From contig JBNAVT010000008.1 of the NCBI GenBank assembly GCA_049700215.1, positions 860 through 64,859 of the forward strand: a stretch of DNA of 64,000 nucleotides. Direction: 5' to 3'. The number at the start of each line of letters is the position of its first letter. Positions within the stretch are counted from its first letter, which is position 1. A program made the translations under genes and the position numbers. The DNA comes from Thermoproteota archaeon. GTDB taxonomy: Archaea; Thermoproteota; EX4484-205; JAAOZP01. Of this stretch, positions 30,370 to 40,504 are shown piece by piece. The notes under the pieces are model-generated. The model was not told where the DNA came from, did not search any database, and worked only from the letters and a program-made list of their open reading frames with translations.

Positions 30370-31599
30370 ATGAATGGCTGGAAAAATACTTTCATGCTGG
30401 CGGTGAAAGGGGGGAAGCCTATTCGAACCAAGCCTTGGCCAGCGTGGCCGGTCTATGATGAAAGAGAGATGAAGGCTCTTGAAGAAACTTTGAAAAGCAG
30501 GTTTTGGGGAGGAGGCGTTGAGGAAAGCGGTCCCAAGGAAAAAGAGTTTGAAGAAAAATTCTCTAGGTTCCACGGCTGCAGCTACGGGGTTTGTGTTTCA
30601 AGCGGTACAGAAGCCTTACACTTAGCCCTCCTTTCAATAGGAATAGGCCCGGGGGATGAGGTTATTGTGCCCGCGCTCACGTTCTGGGCGACGGGTAGTG
30701 CCGTCTTAATGACTGGAGGAAGCCTAGTCATAGTGGATGTTGACCCCGAGTCGTATTGCATGAGCTTTGAAGAGGCTGAAAAAAGCGTTACGAGTAGAAC
30801 CAAGGCCATAATCCCTGTCTACAACTACGGTAACTCTCCGGATATGGATAAACTGTCAGAAATCGCGGAGAAGCATGGTCTCGCGTTAATAGAGGATTGC
30901 GCGAGAGCCCACGGCTTCATGTGGAGGAACAAGCCGGCGGGGTCGATTGGAGACATTGGCTGCTTCAGCTTTCAGCAGGGGAAGCTCATGACCGCTGGAG
31001 AAGGGGGAATAATAATAACTAACAATAGGCTTTACGCTGAAAGATGCAGGGCATTAAGAACATGCGGAAGAGTAAGAGGGGACGACGTGTACAGCGTGGG
31101 GATTGACTACTGGTGGAACTGGTGGAATTTCAGGATGACGCAGTTTCAAGCGGCAATACTGCTAGTCCAGTTGGAAAGGCTTGAGGAGCAGACGAAAACC
31201 AGGCAGGCTAACAGCGAGTACTTAAGCAGGAGGCTGATTGAAATCGAGGGAATCACCCCACTTAAGACCGATGAAAGGCTGACTAGGCATCAGCCTTGGC
31301 CATACTTGTTTAAATACGACTCGAAATGCTTCGGAAATATTCCGGTTGAAAGATTCGTGGAGGCTCTTAAAGCTGAAGGTGTTCCCTGCGGCAGAATAGA
31401 TCATCCGCCTCTCAGCATGACGCTGACAGCCCACGGCTCTCCGTCGCGAATAGTAAGAAAGCCGAAATACCCTGTGGCGGAGGGTGCTATCCGGGAAGCC
31501 GTTACACTGCCCCAGTCAATATTCCTAGGGGCTAGGGAAGACATGGATGATATAGTGGAGGCTATAGTTAAGATTAAAACTCATTCCGGCGAGCTTTAG
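30370..31599 (+). CDS. DegT/DnrJ/EryC1/StrS-family PLP-dependent sugar aminotransferase
   Basis: LIEDCARAHG and SFQQGKLMTAGEGG (PLP-Lys) motifs. Confidence 0.8.
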   Translation: MNGWKNTFMLAVKGGKPIRTKPWPAWPVYDEREMKALEETLKSRFWGGGVEESGPKEKEFEEKFSRFHGCSYGVCVSSGTEALHLALLSIGIGPGDEVIVPALTFWATGSAVLMTGGSLVIVDVDPESYCMSFEEAEKSVTSRTKAIIPVYNYGNSPDMDKLSEIAEKHGLALIEDCARAHGFMWRNKPAGSIGDIGCFSFQQGKLMTAGEGGIIITNNRLYAERCRALRTCGRVRGDDVYSVGIDYWWNWWNFRMTQFQAAILLVQLERLEEQTKTRQANSEYLSRRLIEIEGITPLKTDERLTRHQPWPYLFKYDSKCFGNIPVERFVEALKAEGVPCGRIDHPPLSMTLTAHGSPSRIVRKPKYPVAEGAIREAVTLPQSIFLGAREDMDDIVEAIVKIKTHSGEL

Positions 31600-31622
31600 T
31601 TTCTCAGTCAACATCCTTACGG

Positions 31623-32192
31623 TTAAAGGTTGCCGCGATAATACTCGGTAGCTGGGCATCCTACGCATTCTTCATACTTGTATCTGTTGCAGTAGTTGCA
31701 ATTCACGCCGCAAGGCGCCTCTTCCAAACCTCTATGCGTCAAGCGTATTCTTACTGGCATAAGCGGAGAGTAACCAGTGTCTTTTATCTGGTAGAACTCT
31801 GACCTACGTATTCCCCTCCCGCTTCTCAAAGAGCATTTCCCCATGGAGATGCTTTCCAGGGTCTTCTGGTTTTCAGCAGCTATTAGAGCCATCATGTTGT
31901 ATCCACCAATCAGCGTGAAAATATAGATTATCCGAGGGCATTCCTCGAAGCGTTTAAGAAGCCTCTCCATGGTCTCAGCCCCGTCTGTTTCAATTAGGAC
32001 CATGGCTAAACGCATGTTGAAATACTTCAGGTTCATTTGAGCCGACACCCTGATCGCCTCGTCTTCAAGGAGTTTTTCAAGCCGCTTCTTAATCCCCATA
32101 CTCGTGTAACCAGTTATCCTCCCCAGTTTCTCTAGGGTTGTACGGCCGTCGGCCTGCAGCTGAGATATTATTTTCCTATCTACCTTATCCAT
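31623..32192 (-). CDS. Lrp/AsnC-family transcriptional regulator with C-terminal Cys-rich extension
   Basis: Likely start is MDKVDRKIISQLQADGRTTLEKLGRITGYT (HTH_AsnC) at 32192; the 32426 upstream extension is unlikely. The C-terminus CGVNCNYCNRYKYEECVGC looks like a metal-binding tail. Confidence 0.7.
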   Translation of the reverse strand: MDKVDRKIISQLQADGRTTLEKLGRITGYTSMGIKKRLEKLLEDEAIRVSAQMNLKYFNMRLAMVLIETDGAETMERLLKRFEECPRIIYIFTLIGGYNMMALIAAENQKTLESISMGKCSLRSGRGIRRSEFYQIKDTGYSPLMPVRIRLTHRGLEEAPCGVNCNYCNRYKYEECVGCPATEYYRGNL

Positions 32193-32250
32193 TATTGTTT
32201 GAATTATAAACAGAAGATATAAATATTGTTTACGATTTAAACCACCAGTC

Positions 32251-33198
32251 ATGAATGGAGCGTCGCAGGCGCAGCACGCCGGGTTTAGAAGAGAAGAGCT
32301 AGGGGAGCAGGAGAAAAGGCTCAGGGAGAAAATGAGCAGGGTTAAGCATAAGGTTGCGGTGATCAGCGGCAAGGGTGGAGTAGGAAAAACGGTGGTGACG
32401 GTAAACCTAGCAGTAGCCTTCGCCAAGAAGTGTAGTCTTGGTAAAGTGGGTATTCTGGATGCAGATATTCATGGCCCATGCGTACCCCGGATGCTTGGCA
32501 TGAAGGGAGATATTCTAAGAGTGAGCCCGCTCGGAGCCTTCCCTGCAACAGGTCCCTTAGGAATTAAAGTTGTTTCAATCGATTTCCTTCTGCCTAGTCA
32601 GGAGACGCCGGTTATATGGCGCGGCCCCCTTAAGATGTCGGCGATCAGACAATTCTTATCCGACATTACTTGGGGCGAGCTCGACCTTCTTCTCATCGAC
32701 CTCCCTCCGGGCACTGGTGATGAGGCGCTCAGCGTCATGCAGCTACTGCCGGAGATGGATGGCGTGGTCATCGTCACAATACCTTCAGAGGTTTCTCAAG
32801 ACGTGGTTAGGAAGGCAGTAATGTTTGCGAAGGAGCTTAACATACCAGTCATAGGAGTGGTTGAGAACATGAGTGGCTTAATATGTCCAAACTGTGGGAC
32901 GAGGATAGACGTTTTTAAAGCAGGAGGGGGAGAGGAGATGGCGAGGGAGATGGGCGTTGATTTCCTAGGAAGTATCCCTTTGGACCCGCGTATATGCGAG
33001 GCGTCCGACGAGGGCGTACCGTTCATAATGAGCCAGGAGGATTCGCCTACAGCCAAATCCTTTGCTGAAATAGCTGAGAAAATATGGAGTTTCCTTGCTG
33101 AAAAAGGTAGTGTTGAAACGAAGACTCGTCCCGAGCATGTTCGGGATAAGGATAAAAACGCGTTAAGACAGGAGGATGATAAGGAGGTGGATTGTTAA
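32251..33198 (+). CDS. Mrp/NBP35 (ApbC)-family iron-sulfur cluster carrier ATPase
   Basis: Walker A VISGKGGVGKT and the conserved CPNCG cluster-binding motif. Confidence 0.85.
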   Translation: MNGASQAQHAGFRREELGEQEKRLREKMSRVKHKVAVISGKGGVGKTVVTVNLAVAFAKKCSLGKVGILDADIHGPCVPRMLGMKGDILRVSPLGAFPATGPLGIKVVSIDFLLPSQETPVIWRGPLKMSAIRQFLSDITWGELDLLLIDLPPGTGDEALSVMQLLPEMDGVVIVTIPSEVSQDVVRKAVMFAKELNIPVIGVVENMSGLICPNCGTRIDVFKAGGGEEMAREMGVDFLGSIPLDPRICEASDEGVPFIMSQEDSPTAKSFAEIAEKIWSFLAEKGSVETKTRPEHVRDKDKNALRQEDDKEVDC

Positions 33199-33605
33199 TG
33201 CCTAATGAGAAGGAGAGTGTTCAACCCAGGATTCTACACCCCTGCCACCAGATTGCTGAACAGGAGAACATGGCTTGGGTCTGCGACGGGGCTGCGAACG
33301 TTGGGCAAATAGGGCATGAGATAGGTGTTCTGCTTACAAACCTAGGTAAAGCCAGAATGTGCTGCACGACTGCAGTCGCAGCAGGCTCAAAGCCGCACCT
33401 AGACATAGCTGGAAGAGCTAAGAGAAACATAGTTATAAACGGGTGTGGCAACAGGTGCGCCTCCAAAGTCTTGGAGAACGCTGGGAAAAAGATCGACTAC
33501 GAGATCGATATATCTAAGTACCTGCGAAAAATACCGACTCTAGACATATATGAGGCGGATGTTCAGAAAATAGCGCAGATAATCATCGATGAAGCGAAGC
33601 TCTAA
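33192..33605 (+). CDS. putative metal-binding protein (DGC-domain-like)
   Basis: 137 aa with spaced Cys/His (VCDGAAN...MCCTT...INGCGNRC); overlaps the Mrp gene end. Confidence 0.35.
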   Translation: MLMPNEKESVQPRILHPCHQIAEQENMAWVCDGAANVGQIGHEIGVLLTNLGKARMCCTTAVAAGSKPHLDIAGRAKRNIVINGCGNRCASKVLENAGKKIDYEIDISKYLRKIPTLDIYEADVQKIAQIIIDEAKL

Positions 33606-33749
33606 AGCTCAAATACAGCGAATTAAAAATCTTAAAATCAACATTCAGTGTAATAGTAGTGTTTTCAACACTTATTTTAAGCGTATGGCCTACTGTCACT
33701 AGTTTAGAAAATAAACCCCTGGGGAAAGATTTAAAAACCTCACTGGAAA

Positions 33750-34148
33750 ATGGCGACTCTCAAGATGAAGAGCGCTAAAAACCGTCCCAGATTCATAATG
33801 TGCTTCTGCACCGGAGAATGCCCAGGATTCGCGAAACTAGAGCTCTGGAAACTTGTGAACTTCGTTAGAAACGAGCTTGATGTTGAGTACGCTGTTATCC
33901 ACCCGCAGCTCTGCGTCACGGATGGAGACAACTTCCTGAGAGACCTTTTGAAAGACGGGGATAAGGATAGGATCTATGTGATCGGCGGATGCGACCCGAG
34001 AATGCAGAGGAAAATGTTTAAGGATGTTTTCACTGAGAAAGGCCTCGACTTCGATAAGCAAGTTGTTTCACTCGACCTTAGAAACATGGAGACTCCGGAA
34101 GCCATGAAGAAAGTTGCTGAAACCATTGAAAAACTAACGGCTAGTTGA
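33750..34148 (+). CDS. MvhD/FlpD-like protein (methyl-viologen-reducing hydrogenase delta-subunit family)
   Basis: Cys pattern FIMCFCTGECPG ... IGGCDPRM with a size of 132 aa. Weak assignment. Confidence 0.3.
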   Translation: MATLKMKSAKNRPRFIMCFCTGECPGFAKLELWKLVNFVRNELDVEYAVIHPQLCVTDGDNFLRDLLKDGDKDRIYVIGGCDPRMQRKMFKDVFTEKGLDFDKQVVSLDLRNMETPEAMKKVAETIEKLTAS

Positions 34149-34450
34149 AACAATGGAGGTTTACGGGAATGAGTAAGGCAAACCTATGGCCGCCGAGAGA
34201 AGAAATAGAATGGTACCCAAGAATAAACCAGGATCTGTGCATTAAATGCGGGTCCTGCGTCGAGTTCTGCATGCATGGAGTATACTCAAGGCAGGGAGAC
34301 AAGGTCGTGGTTTCCAAACCATACGAGTGCGTCGTGGGCTGTGAAGCATGTAAACACAGGTGTCCAGCCGGAGCCATAAGCTTCCCCTCCAGGGAAGAAT
34401 TAAGACAGATGCTGAAGGCCTTGAGAGAGAAGTATAGTGATAATAAGTAG
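34145..34450 (+). CDS. 2x[4Fe-4S] ferredoxin
   Basis: Two CxxCxxCxxxCP-type motifs: CIKCGSCVEFC and CVVGCEACKHRCP. Confidence 0.7.
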   Translation: MKQWRFTGMSKANLWPPREEIEWYPRINQDLCIKCGSCVEFCMHGVYSRQGDKVVVSKPYECVVGCEACKHRCPAGAISFPSREELRQMLKALREKYSDNK

Positions 34451-34478
34451 CAGTAAGAAACCGGGATTAGAAGGGGAG

Positions 34479-35753
34479 TTAGCCAGGCTTCCCTACAAGT
34501 TTTAGAAATCCTTTCAACCCTTCCGTCTTGTCTGCAGTGCTCATGTGTTGAACAGCCCTTACCGCATAAACCACGGCTGTGACCGATGAATGCGTCAACA
34601 TCGCGTACATAGCGTATAAGGGTCTGTCTAACCATGAGAACAGTATCATATACAGAACGTACATGTTTCTCCTTCCATCCACCCTAGCAAACAGCCTGTC
34701 GAAATTTGTGTATGCTGTTAAAGCCCTTCCCAGGGTTTCCTTAAACTGCATGTAGCAATGCCTTACAAAGCTGTCTGCAAGAAGCATGCATAATCCTAAG
34801 ACCAGTGGCAGATAACTGTTTTCTAGGAAATGTAAGCTTAGTGCAAAACACACATACCATGCCTGCTCGTAAAGCATGTCAAACGTATGCTCAATATATC
34901 CAAGCTTTGTCAAAATCCCCCTTGCCCTAGCTAATTTCCCGTCAAGACCATCTAATATTCCAACCATGTAAGCTAGAATTGCTGCTATCTTCAAATGACC
35001 TAAGAGAAATAGTGCTGCAATGGTAAAAGCAAACAGGTTCATAAGTACTGTTATTCTGTTCGGAGTTATCCAAGGTATATCTGCTATATAGTAGATGATG
35101 TGATCTTCTATAGGCTTGTTTATGTAAGATGTGAAGTGGAGGCCTTTCTGAGTTCTGAAAATAAGCCTTCTTTTAGCATCCTCGATTGAACGCCTATCTT
35201 CTATTTTCACGCATATTGGATAAACGACACGTTTCAACCCTAAATGTTCAACTCGCATATTAGATACATCGAGTCTGGAGATTTGCAGCTCCTCTATTTT
35301 CTCAAACATTTCCCTGATTCTTTTTGAAAGAAGATACTCATATAATAACATAGAGTTCTCCTTACTCAACTTATATATTCCTACAGGTCTTCTGTTTAAA
35401 TAGCATGATACGTCTTTCTCTATTTTGATAAGTTCTTCTATAAACTCTTTATCTATTACAGTATCTACGCTTATTACAATAATATCGTCGTTTAGAAAAT
35501 CTTTAAGAAATCCATGTTCCCCTTTTGTTCCTAGATAGTACAGTTTTAAACCGATCTCCTCACCGTTTTTAAGCATGCTTCGTATTTCTTCTTCTCCAAA
35601 ACCTAGGACTATTAGTACTTCACTTATTCTCGAGGCTCTTAAAGAACTCAAGATTCTTGTTATCAAAGATACGCCACATACTTTGATTAGTGCGACGGGC
35701 TTTTTCCCGTCAAATATGAAATCCTTCTCAGTTGCCAGTATTACTGCCTTCAT
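34479..35753 (-). CDS. bifunctional CTP:inositol-1-phosphate cytidylyltransferase / di-myo-inositol-phosphate-phosphate synthase (IPCT/DIPPS)-like
   Basis: N-terminal NTP-transferase fold MKAVILATE...KVCGVSLI. C-terminal polytopic CDP-alcohol phosphatidyltransferase motif GILDGLDGKLARARG. Size 424 aa matches known fused IPCT/DIPPS. Confidence 0.6.
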   Translation of the reverse strand: MKAVILATEKDFIFDGKKPVALIKVCGVSLITRILSSLRASRISEVLIVLGFGEEEIRSMLKNGEEIGLKLYYLGTKGEHGFLKDFLNDDIIVISVDTVIDKEFIEELIKIEKDVSCYLNRRPVGIYKLSKENSMLLYEYLLSKRIREMFEKIEELQISRLDVSNMRVEHLGLKRVVYPICVKIEDRRSIEDAKRRLIFRTQKGLHFTSYINKPIEDHIIYYIADIPWITPNRITVLMNLFAFTIAALFLLGHLKIAAILAYMVGILDGLDGKLARARGILTKLGYIEHTFDMLYEQAWYVCFALSLHFLENSYLPLVLGLCMLLADSFVRHCYMQFKETLGRALTAYTNFDRLFARVDGRRNMYVLYMILFSWLDRPLYAMYAMLTHSSVTAVVYAVRAVQHMSTADKTEGLKGFLKLVGKPG

Positions 35754-35784
35754 CTACAGCACCAAGATTATATTCCAAATTTCT

Positions 35785-37671
35785 TTAAGCATTTTCAGAA
35801 CCGCCTCCATGAAGCTTCTTAGTGAGCTTTTCAACAATCTTCTTGTAAAGGTCTTCAAATGTCTTGTAAAGCAGCTTTACCGTATCGTAAAGTATTAATA
35901 TGAAAAAGACGAATATTGCTAGAGCCCCTATTCTTGAAACCGGCTCCCCGATGTAAGGAATGTTTCTAAGCTGGGGAGGGACATAAATCCAGAGTATTAT
36001 AGCTATTACAATATATAGTAAGTCGGCCAGCACGTGTCTGAGAGTGAATTCTGAAACCTTTATGACGAATACTAAGCGTTTGGTAGCAACATCTATGAGA
36101 AATTTTAAAGCCATCAGTATACGATAACCAAAATAGATAAACACTATTAGGGATAAGGCGGATAGCAAATGATCCGACTTTAAAACTAGGTCTTCAAAGG
36201 TTATTAAAGTAATGTCTTCGAAAACCGGCGTAATCATGTGAAGGAAAACAAGCGAGATAATAAGTTTCAGCGTATTGGAGAAAAGACTCTCAATTTTACT
36301 ACTTATTTCTCTCTTTTCTACTACGACTTCAGGCTTAGGTAGTTTAGCTTTCTTAGGCCTACTTCCCCCACCTTTACCCCTTACAGCTAATATGATAGAG
36401 CAGAATAGGAGAAAAATGGGGGCGAAAGATAAATAGTATAATCCGTAGAGAGGTAATGAAAATATAGTGGAAATGAAAACCACGAAAAGCAATACGTCTC
36501 TTGTTGCAGGTATGCTTTTCAAAATTCCAGTTTTAACGTTGCCGTTGAGAAACCGAGTTATGTAGCTTACCAGTGCAATATTAGCAGTTGCGAGAACGGT
36601 TAGGGGGAAAATAATATTGTTCCCAACTGATAATAACGGCATGAGGAATCCTAGCAATATGATAACATCTGAAAACCGGTCTAGTAGAAAGCCTACGTGA
36701 AGCCTCCACGTCTTCTCGCCACTCAGATTTATAAGCTCATTGCCTACTTCGCTTGTCAGTAATACCACTAAGGCTAGAAGTCCCCCTAACGAATATCCTC
36801 TTGCGAGAAGGAAACTGGTCAATATAGCAAATACTAACGAGACCAGGTGCAGCATTAGAGGCTCAATATTAGAGTTTCGATAAATAGAGACTGAGATGCA
36901 AGTCGACACGGGTTTAATAAGGAATCTGGAGAGTAATCCACCTTCATGTTCGTTCTCCCTCTTTAATATTTGCCAGTAGATCCTCCTACCTTTAACCAAA
37001 TCTTCCGGAGTATCTATATCCTTCCAGAGCTTTCCAGTAACATCTGCATAATCCACTTCATTATCAGCTGCCGCGAGCTTCAAAGCATCAGCTACCGTTG
37101 CCTTAGGTCCCTGCTTTTCTATCGCTTCCTCAATATACTTCTTCGCTTTTCCTCCGCAAAGTATTACGCCTGTATCTATTCCATGCCTAGGCAGGGTATT
37201 CTTATCCGCATAGGCTACGCCCTTACCATTCAGCACAATCTTCAAGCCTTCTTCAGCATCAGTCAAAGAGGGCTTCCTATCTAGACAAATCGTGAAAGCA
37301 ACTTCTCTGTTTGAAGATAAAACTTCCTCTATTATTGTCTTCTCGTAAATATGGTCTGACATTAAGAGTAGAAATCCTCCGGTGTTCAACCGTTTTAAAG
37401 CTAGGCTAACGCTGTAAAGATTGCCGAAATCTTCAACATCGGTCTCCACAATCTCCACCCTACTCCCTAACCTTTCTTCAAATACTCTTCTAAACCGAGG
37501 TCTTGTAACGATGAGAATTCGGCCGGGATTGAATTTTTCCATCCTACTCAGTATAAAATCCAATATTGTCTTACCTGGTTCCAGCTCCATTAAGCACTTG
37601 GGGATTTCTTCTGAATAAGGCCTTAGTCTAGAAGCAACTCCTGCAGCAATGATTACGACAGGGAGAGACAC
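35785..37671 (-). CDS. nucleotidyltransferase fused to polytopic membrane domain (paralogous CDP-alcohol-transferase-like?)
   Basis: N-terminal VVIIAAGVASRLRPYSEEIPKCLMEL (NTP_transferase). The C-terminal half has eight or more TM helices with the G-x3-D-x3-D element GFLLDRFSD. Confidence 0.45.
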   Translation of the reverse strand: MSLPVVIIAAGVASRLRPYSEEIPKCLMELEPGKTILDFILSRMEKFNPGRILIVTRPRFRRVFEERLGSRVEIVETDVEDFGNLYSVSLALKRLNTGGFLLLMSDHIYEKTIIEEVLSSNREVAFTICLDRKPSLTDAEEGLKIVLNGKGVAYADKNTLPRHGIDTGVILCGGKAKKYIEEAIEKQGPKATVADALKLAAADNEVDYADVTGKLWKDIDTPEDLVKGRRIYWQILKRENEHEGGLLSRFLIKPVSTCISVSIYRNSNIEPLMLHLVSLVFAILTSFLLARGYSLGGLLALVVLLTSEVGNELINLSGEKTWRLHVGFLLDRFSDVIILLGFLMPLLSVGNNIIFPLTVLATANIALVSYITRFLNGNVKTGILKSIPATRDVLLFVVFISTIFSLPLYGLYYLSFAPIFLLFCSIILAVRGKGGGSRPKKAKLPKPEVVVEKREISSKIESLFSNTLKLIISLVFLHMITPVFEDITLITFEDLVLKSDHLLSALSLIVFIYFGYRILMALKFLIDVATKRLVFVIKVSEFTLRHVLADLLYIVIAIILWIYVPPQLRNIPYIGEPVSRIGALAIFVFFILILYDTVKLLYKTFEDLYKKIVEKLTKKLHGGGSENA

Positions 37672-37813
37672 TGATTTTGATTCTAAATTTAGATATTAAA
37701 GTCTTTACTGAAGTTCCCCAATTTCGACAACTGTATGACCATAAAATTGGATATAGGAGACGCTATAAAATCTGCTCTGAGCAGGCATTACAATAAGTTT
37801 ATCCATTATATTT

Positions 37814-38656
37814 TCAGAAGGCGCGTAGTGTCCTCATTGCTTTAATAAAGCTTTCGAAACATGAGCTGTCAAACGGGCCGTCGACCGCGCCGTCGGGCTC
37901 CATAGTCAACAATCCTCCATATCCCCAGTCGTCCTTTATCCTTTTCAAAGCCTCATAGAAACCGATGTTTGGATGATCTAAGAACCATTCTCCCTGAAAA
38001 AGCTTTCCTCGTAAATGGACATTCACCACTTTATCGATAAGCGTCTCGAAACGATTCAGCTCATCGTAGAGGACTGCCCACCGGAGGTCAAGCGTCACGT
38101 AGTCGAAAAGCCTAACTAGAGAAAAAGGCGTGTAACCCTCCAAGTGTGTTGGAATGTTTTCTACCGAAGCCTTTACATTAGGAAATTGGCGTGAAATCTC
38201 GTTGAAAGTTTTTATTACGCGGCCTAAGTCGATGCTCGTTGCCCAAGTATCCCACAGGTGGAACACGCAGACACCTGCTCCCAGCCCGCTGGCAATAAGT
38301 AAAGCATCATACGCAACCCGTTTCCCTTTCTCCCAATCGCGCTCCCGGCTTGAACAAAGATAACTGCCAACGTCCCTGCTCGCATGTACAGATAATATGG
38401 GCAGCGCCTCCCTTTTCAAAACATCCAGTATTTCCCTAGCCGTATACTTAGGAGTCTTGGTCCAATCTGCAAGATCCCCGTCAGTCAAAGGAGGATTCTC
38501 ACTATCCCATTCCGGCTCAAGCTGCAGCTCAAAACCATCCACAACCGACTCGGATAGAATCTTCTTCATCACGCCTATAGTGCCGATTAAATCGTAATAC
38601 TTCTTATCTCCAAGCCTAGCGGCCGGAGCGCTGGAAACAGAGATCAAACACTTCAT
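37814..38656 (-). CDS. hypothetical protein (possibly TIM-barrel sugar-phosphate isomerase/epimerase-like)
   Basis: 280 aa with a weak resemblance only; no diagnostic motif. Confidence 0.25.
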   Translation of the reverse strand: MKCLISVSSAPAARLGDKKYYDLIGTIGVMKKILSESVVDGFELQLEPEWDSENPPLTDGDLADWTKTPKYTAREILDVLKREALPILSVHASRDVGSYLCSSRERDWEKGKRVAYDALLIASGLGAGVCVFHLWDTWATSIDLGRVIKTFNEISRQFPNVKASVENIPTHLEGYTPFSLVRLFDYVTLDLRWAVLYDELNRFETLIDKVVNVHLRGKLFQGEWFLDHPNIGFYEALKRIKDDWGYGGLLTMEPDGAVDGPFDSSCFESFIKAMRTLRAF

Positions 38657-39475
38657 GCGTTACGTCTATGCGAGGAAAATACGGTAAGACGTTAAAAACC
38701 TTACTAAAAACCACTTAGACGACGCGTTTTAAACCAAGCTTCTTGCAAGACCAGTTTATAGTAGAGATAGGCCAAGCCTCTAAAAAATGAGAAAAAACCA
38801 GCCTACTCATCTAGTTGACAGTAGCCCGCATCCACTTTCTCCTGTATTTCCTCCGCCCAGTTGTCGACTCACAGCTTTGATTCGTTTCAAGCCCTCTAAC
38901 GAGGTCCCTACGTTTTGCAGCTCTTTGCAACTGTTCGTTTCAGCGCATTCTGCACAGGTCACGTAGCCTTTTTGTCTATAACATTGACGAAGAACGCAAT
39001 AGCGCGCAATCCGGGTTCCCGCCTCCAGCGACACACCCCGGGCATTCTCCGAAAAGCCTAACGAAACCGTCTAGAACCTTTTAAAACTCCGCGTAATTAT
39101 TGAAGACAGGGTCCCATTTTACCAGCTCCGACGCAATCTTGTCGAAACCATAGGCACCTATGACTTTTCTCAGGTTCTCGATGCAGGCTTTGTCTGCCCC
39201 TAGTATATTCCACAGGCTCCACAGTAAGGGTCACAATAACCCACCAGTTCCCTAGGGCTTTTACGCAACACTAAACACACTCAACTTGCCGTTTGACACC
39301 TAATAAGCTTTTTCAGAAAATCCGGAATTAGCGCGTGTTGATAGGGGGCTACCGCCATATTAAAACATTATTGCGAATATACGTTACTGAAAACTTTTTC
39401 AATGCGCTTAACAGACCATTTCTTACCCGATAAGTTTATATTTAAGTTTGAACTTAATATTTCGGTGATGATTAA

Positions 39476-39688
39476 TTGGTTAAAACCATAACCATTAGAG
39501 AAGAAGTCTACAGAAGGTTGCTGGCTGTTAAGCGGGAGGGTGAAAGCTTCAGCGAGCTGCTTGAAAGGCTCATCGAGGAAGCGAACCCTGTTGATGTCCT
39601 AGTAAGGCTTAGAGGCTGTGTCGAGATTAAGGACAAGGAGAAGCTTCTCTCAGAAATGTACTCATTAAGGGCTGAACGTAGAACATGA
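39476..39688 (+). CDS. vapB: antitoxin (VapB-like)
   Basis: 70-aa protein overlapping the downstream PIN gene by 4 nt (ATGA). Confidence 0.55.
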   Translation: MVKTITIREEVYRRLLAVKREGESFSELLERLIEEANPVDVLVRLRGCVEIKDKEKLLSEMYSLRAERRT

Positions 39689-40065
39689 TTATTTTAGACA
39701 CTGATATTTTAATCGAGATTTTCGACAAGAAGTCTGCAAAAGGTGAAGAGGCATTGAAGAAAATTATCGAAAAAGATGAGCCAATATGCATAACTGTCGT
39801 CAATCTTCACGAAATCCTCTATGGGTTAAGCAAATACGCTAAGCCGGTGAAGGATGTTTTAAGGCTTCCGGTTTTAAACTATAGGAAGGAAGACGCGATC
39901 CTAGCGTCTGAATTAGAACTGAAAACAGAGCGGAAGGGAAAACCTGTTCGAAGGACAGATGCTATGATAGCTGCCATGACGATCAACAATAACGCGAAAC
40001 TTTACACGTTCAATATGAAGCACTTTAGACCATTAGAAGAACACGGGTTAAAACTTCTACAGTAG
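39685..40065 (+). CDS. vapC: PIN-domain toxin (VapC)
   Basis: N-terminal IILDTDILIE with conserved acidic residues of the PIN fold. Confidence 0.75.
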   Translation: MIILDTDILIEIFDKKSAKGEEALKKIIEKDEPICITVVNLHEILYGLSKYAKPVKDVLRLPVLNYRKEDAILASELELKTERKGKPVRRTDAMIAAMTINNNAKLYTFNMKHFRPLEEHGLKLLQ

Positions 40066-40504
40066 TTCTTTGATTGAGGGTTTATGACTAACCTTCTTTC
40101 TCAATTAAATCTAGAAGCGTTGAGGCCCACTTACTCATATCCTCCTGAATTCCACGCTTCGAAAACGAGTCTCACAGAATTACGCTGGAGAAGCTCTGAG
40201 CCTCCTGCACATAGGGAAGGGTAATAAGCTGTGACCGGGGATTTGTGTAGGGCATTTGTCACATGAATCATTAAACTCGGATTTTGAAGTGTCTTTTCGT
40301 TTTTTTGTCGCGCATTTTTACTCACGCCGCATCTTTCTCATGTAATACTTTCTTCCTTAGCGCGCGCTGGGATTAACAGTCCATGAACCGCGTTTATGAA
40401 TAAACTTCTCAGCATGTTTCACCTTTGAAAAAGAAAGGTGTTGGAAACACGCACTCCCTATGGACTAATATATTCGAACAGAATAGGAGAATAACGCGAG
40501 AGAC

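Noticed and set aside
31623-32426. Long N-terminal extension of the Lrp/AsnC ORF (MAKATARFTVTT...)
   Set aside because: The extension is low-complexity and overlaps the divergent promoter and Mrp gene start. The HTH domain begins at the internal Met (32192).
38657-39475. 800-bp gap with a Cys-rich 75-aa ORF (38807..39034) and a plus-strand protein-like fragment (~39085..39201)
   Set aside because: No motif, short, and surrounded by stop-rich sequence. Probably degraded gene remnants rather than functional genes.
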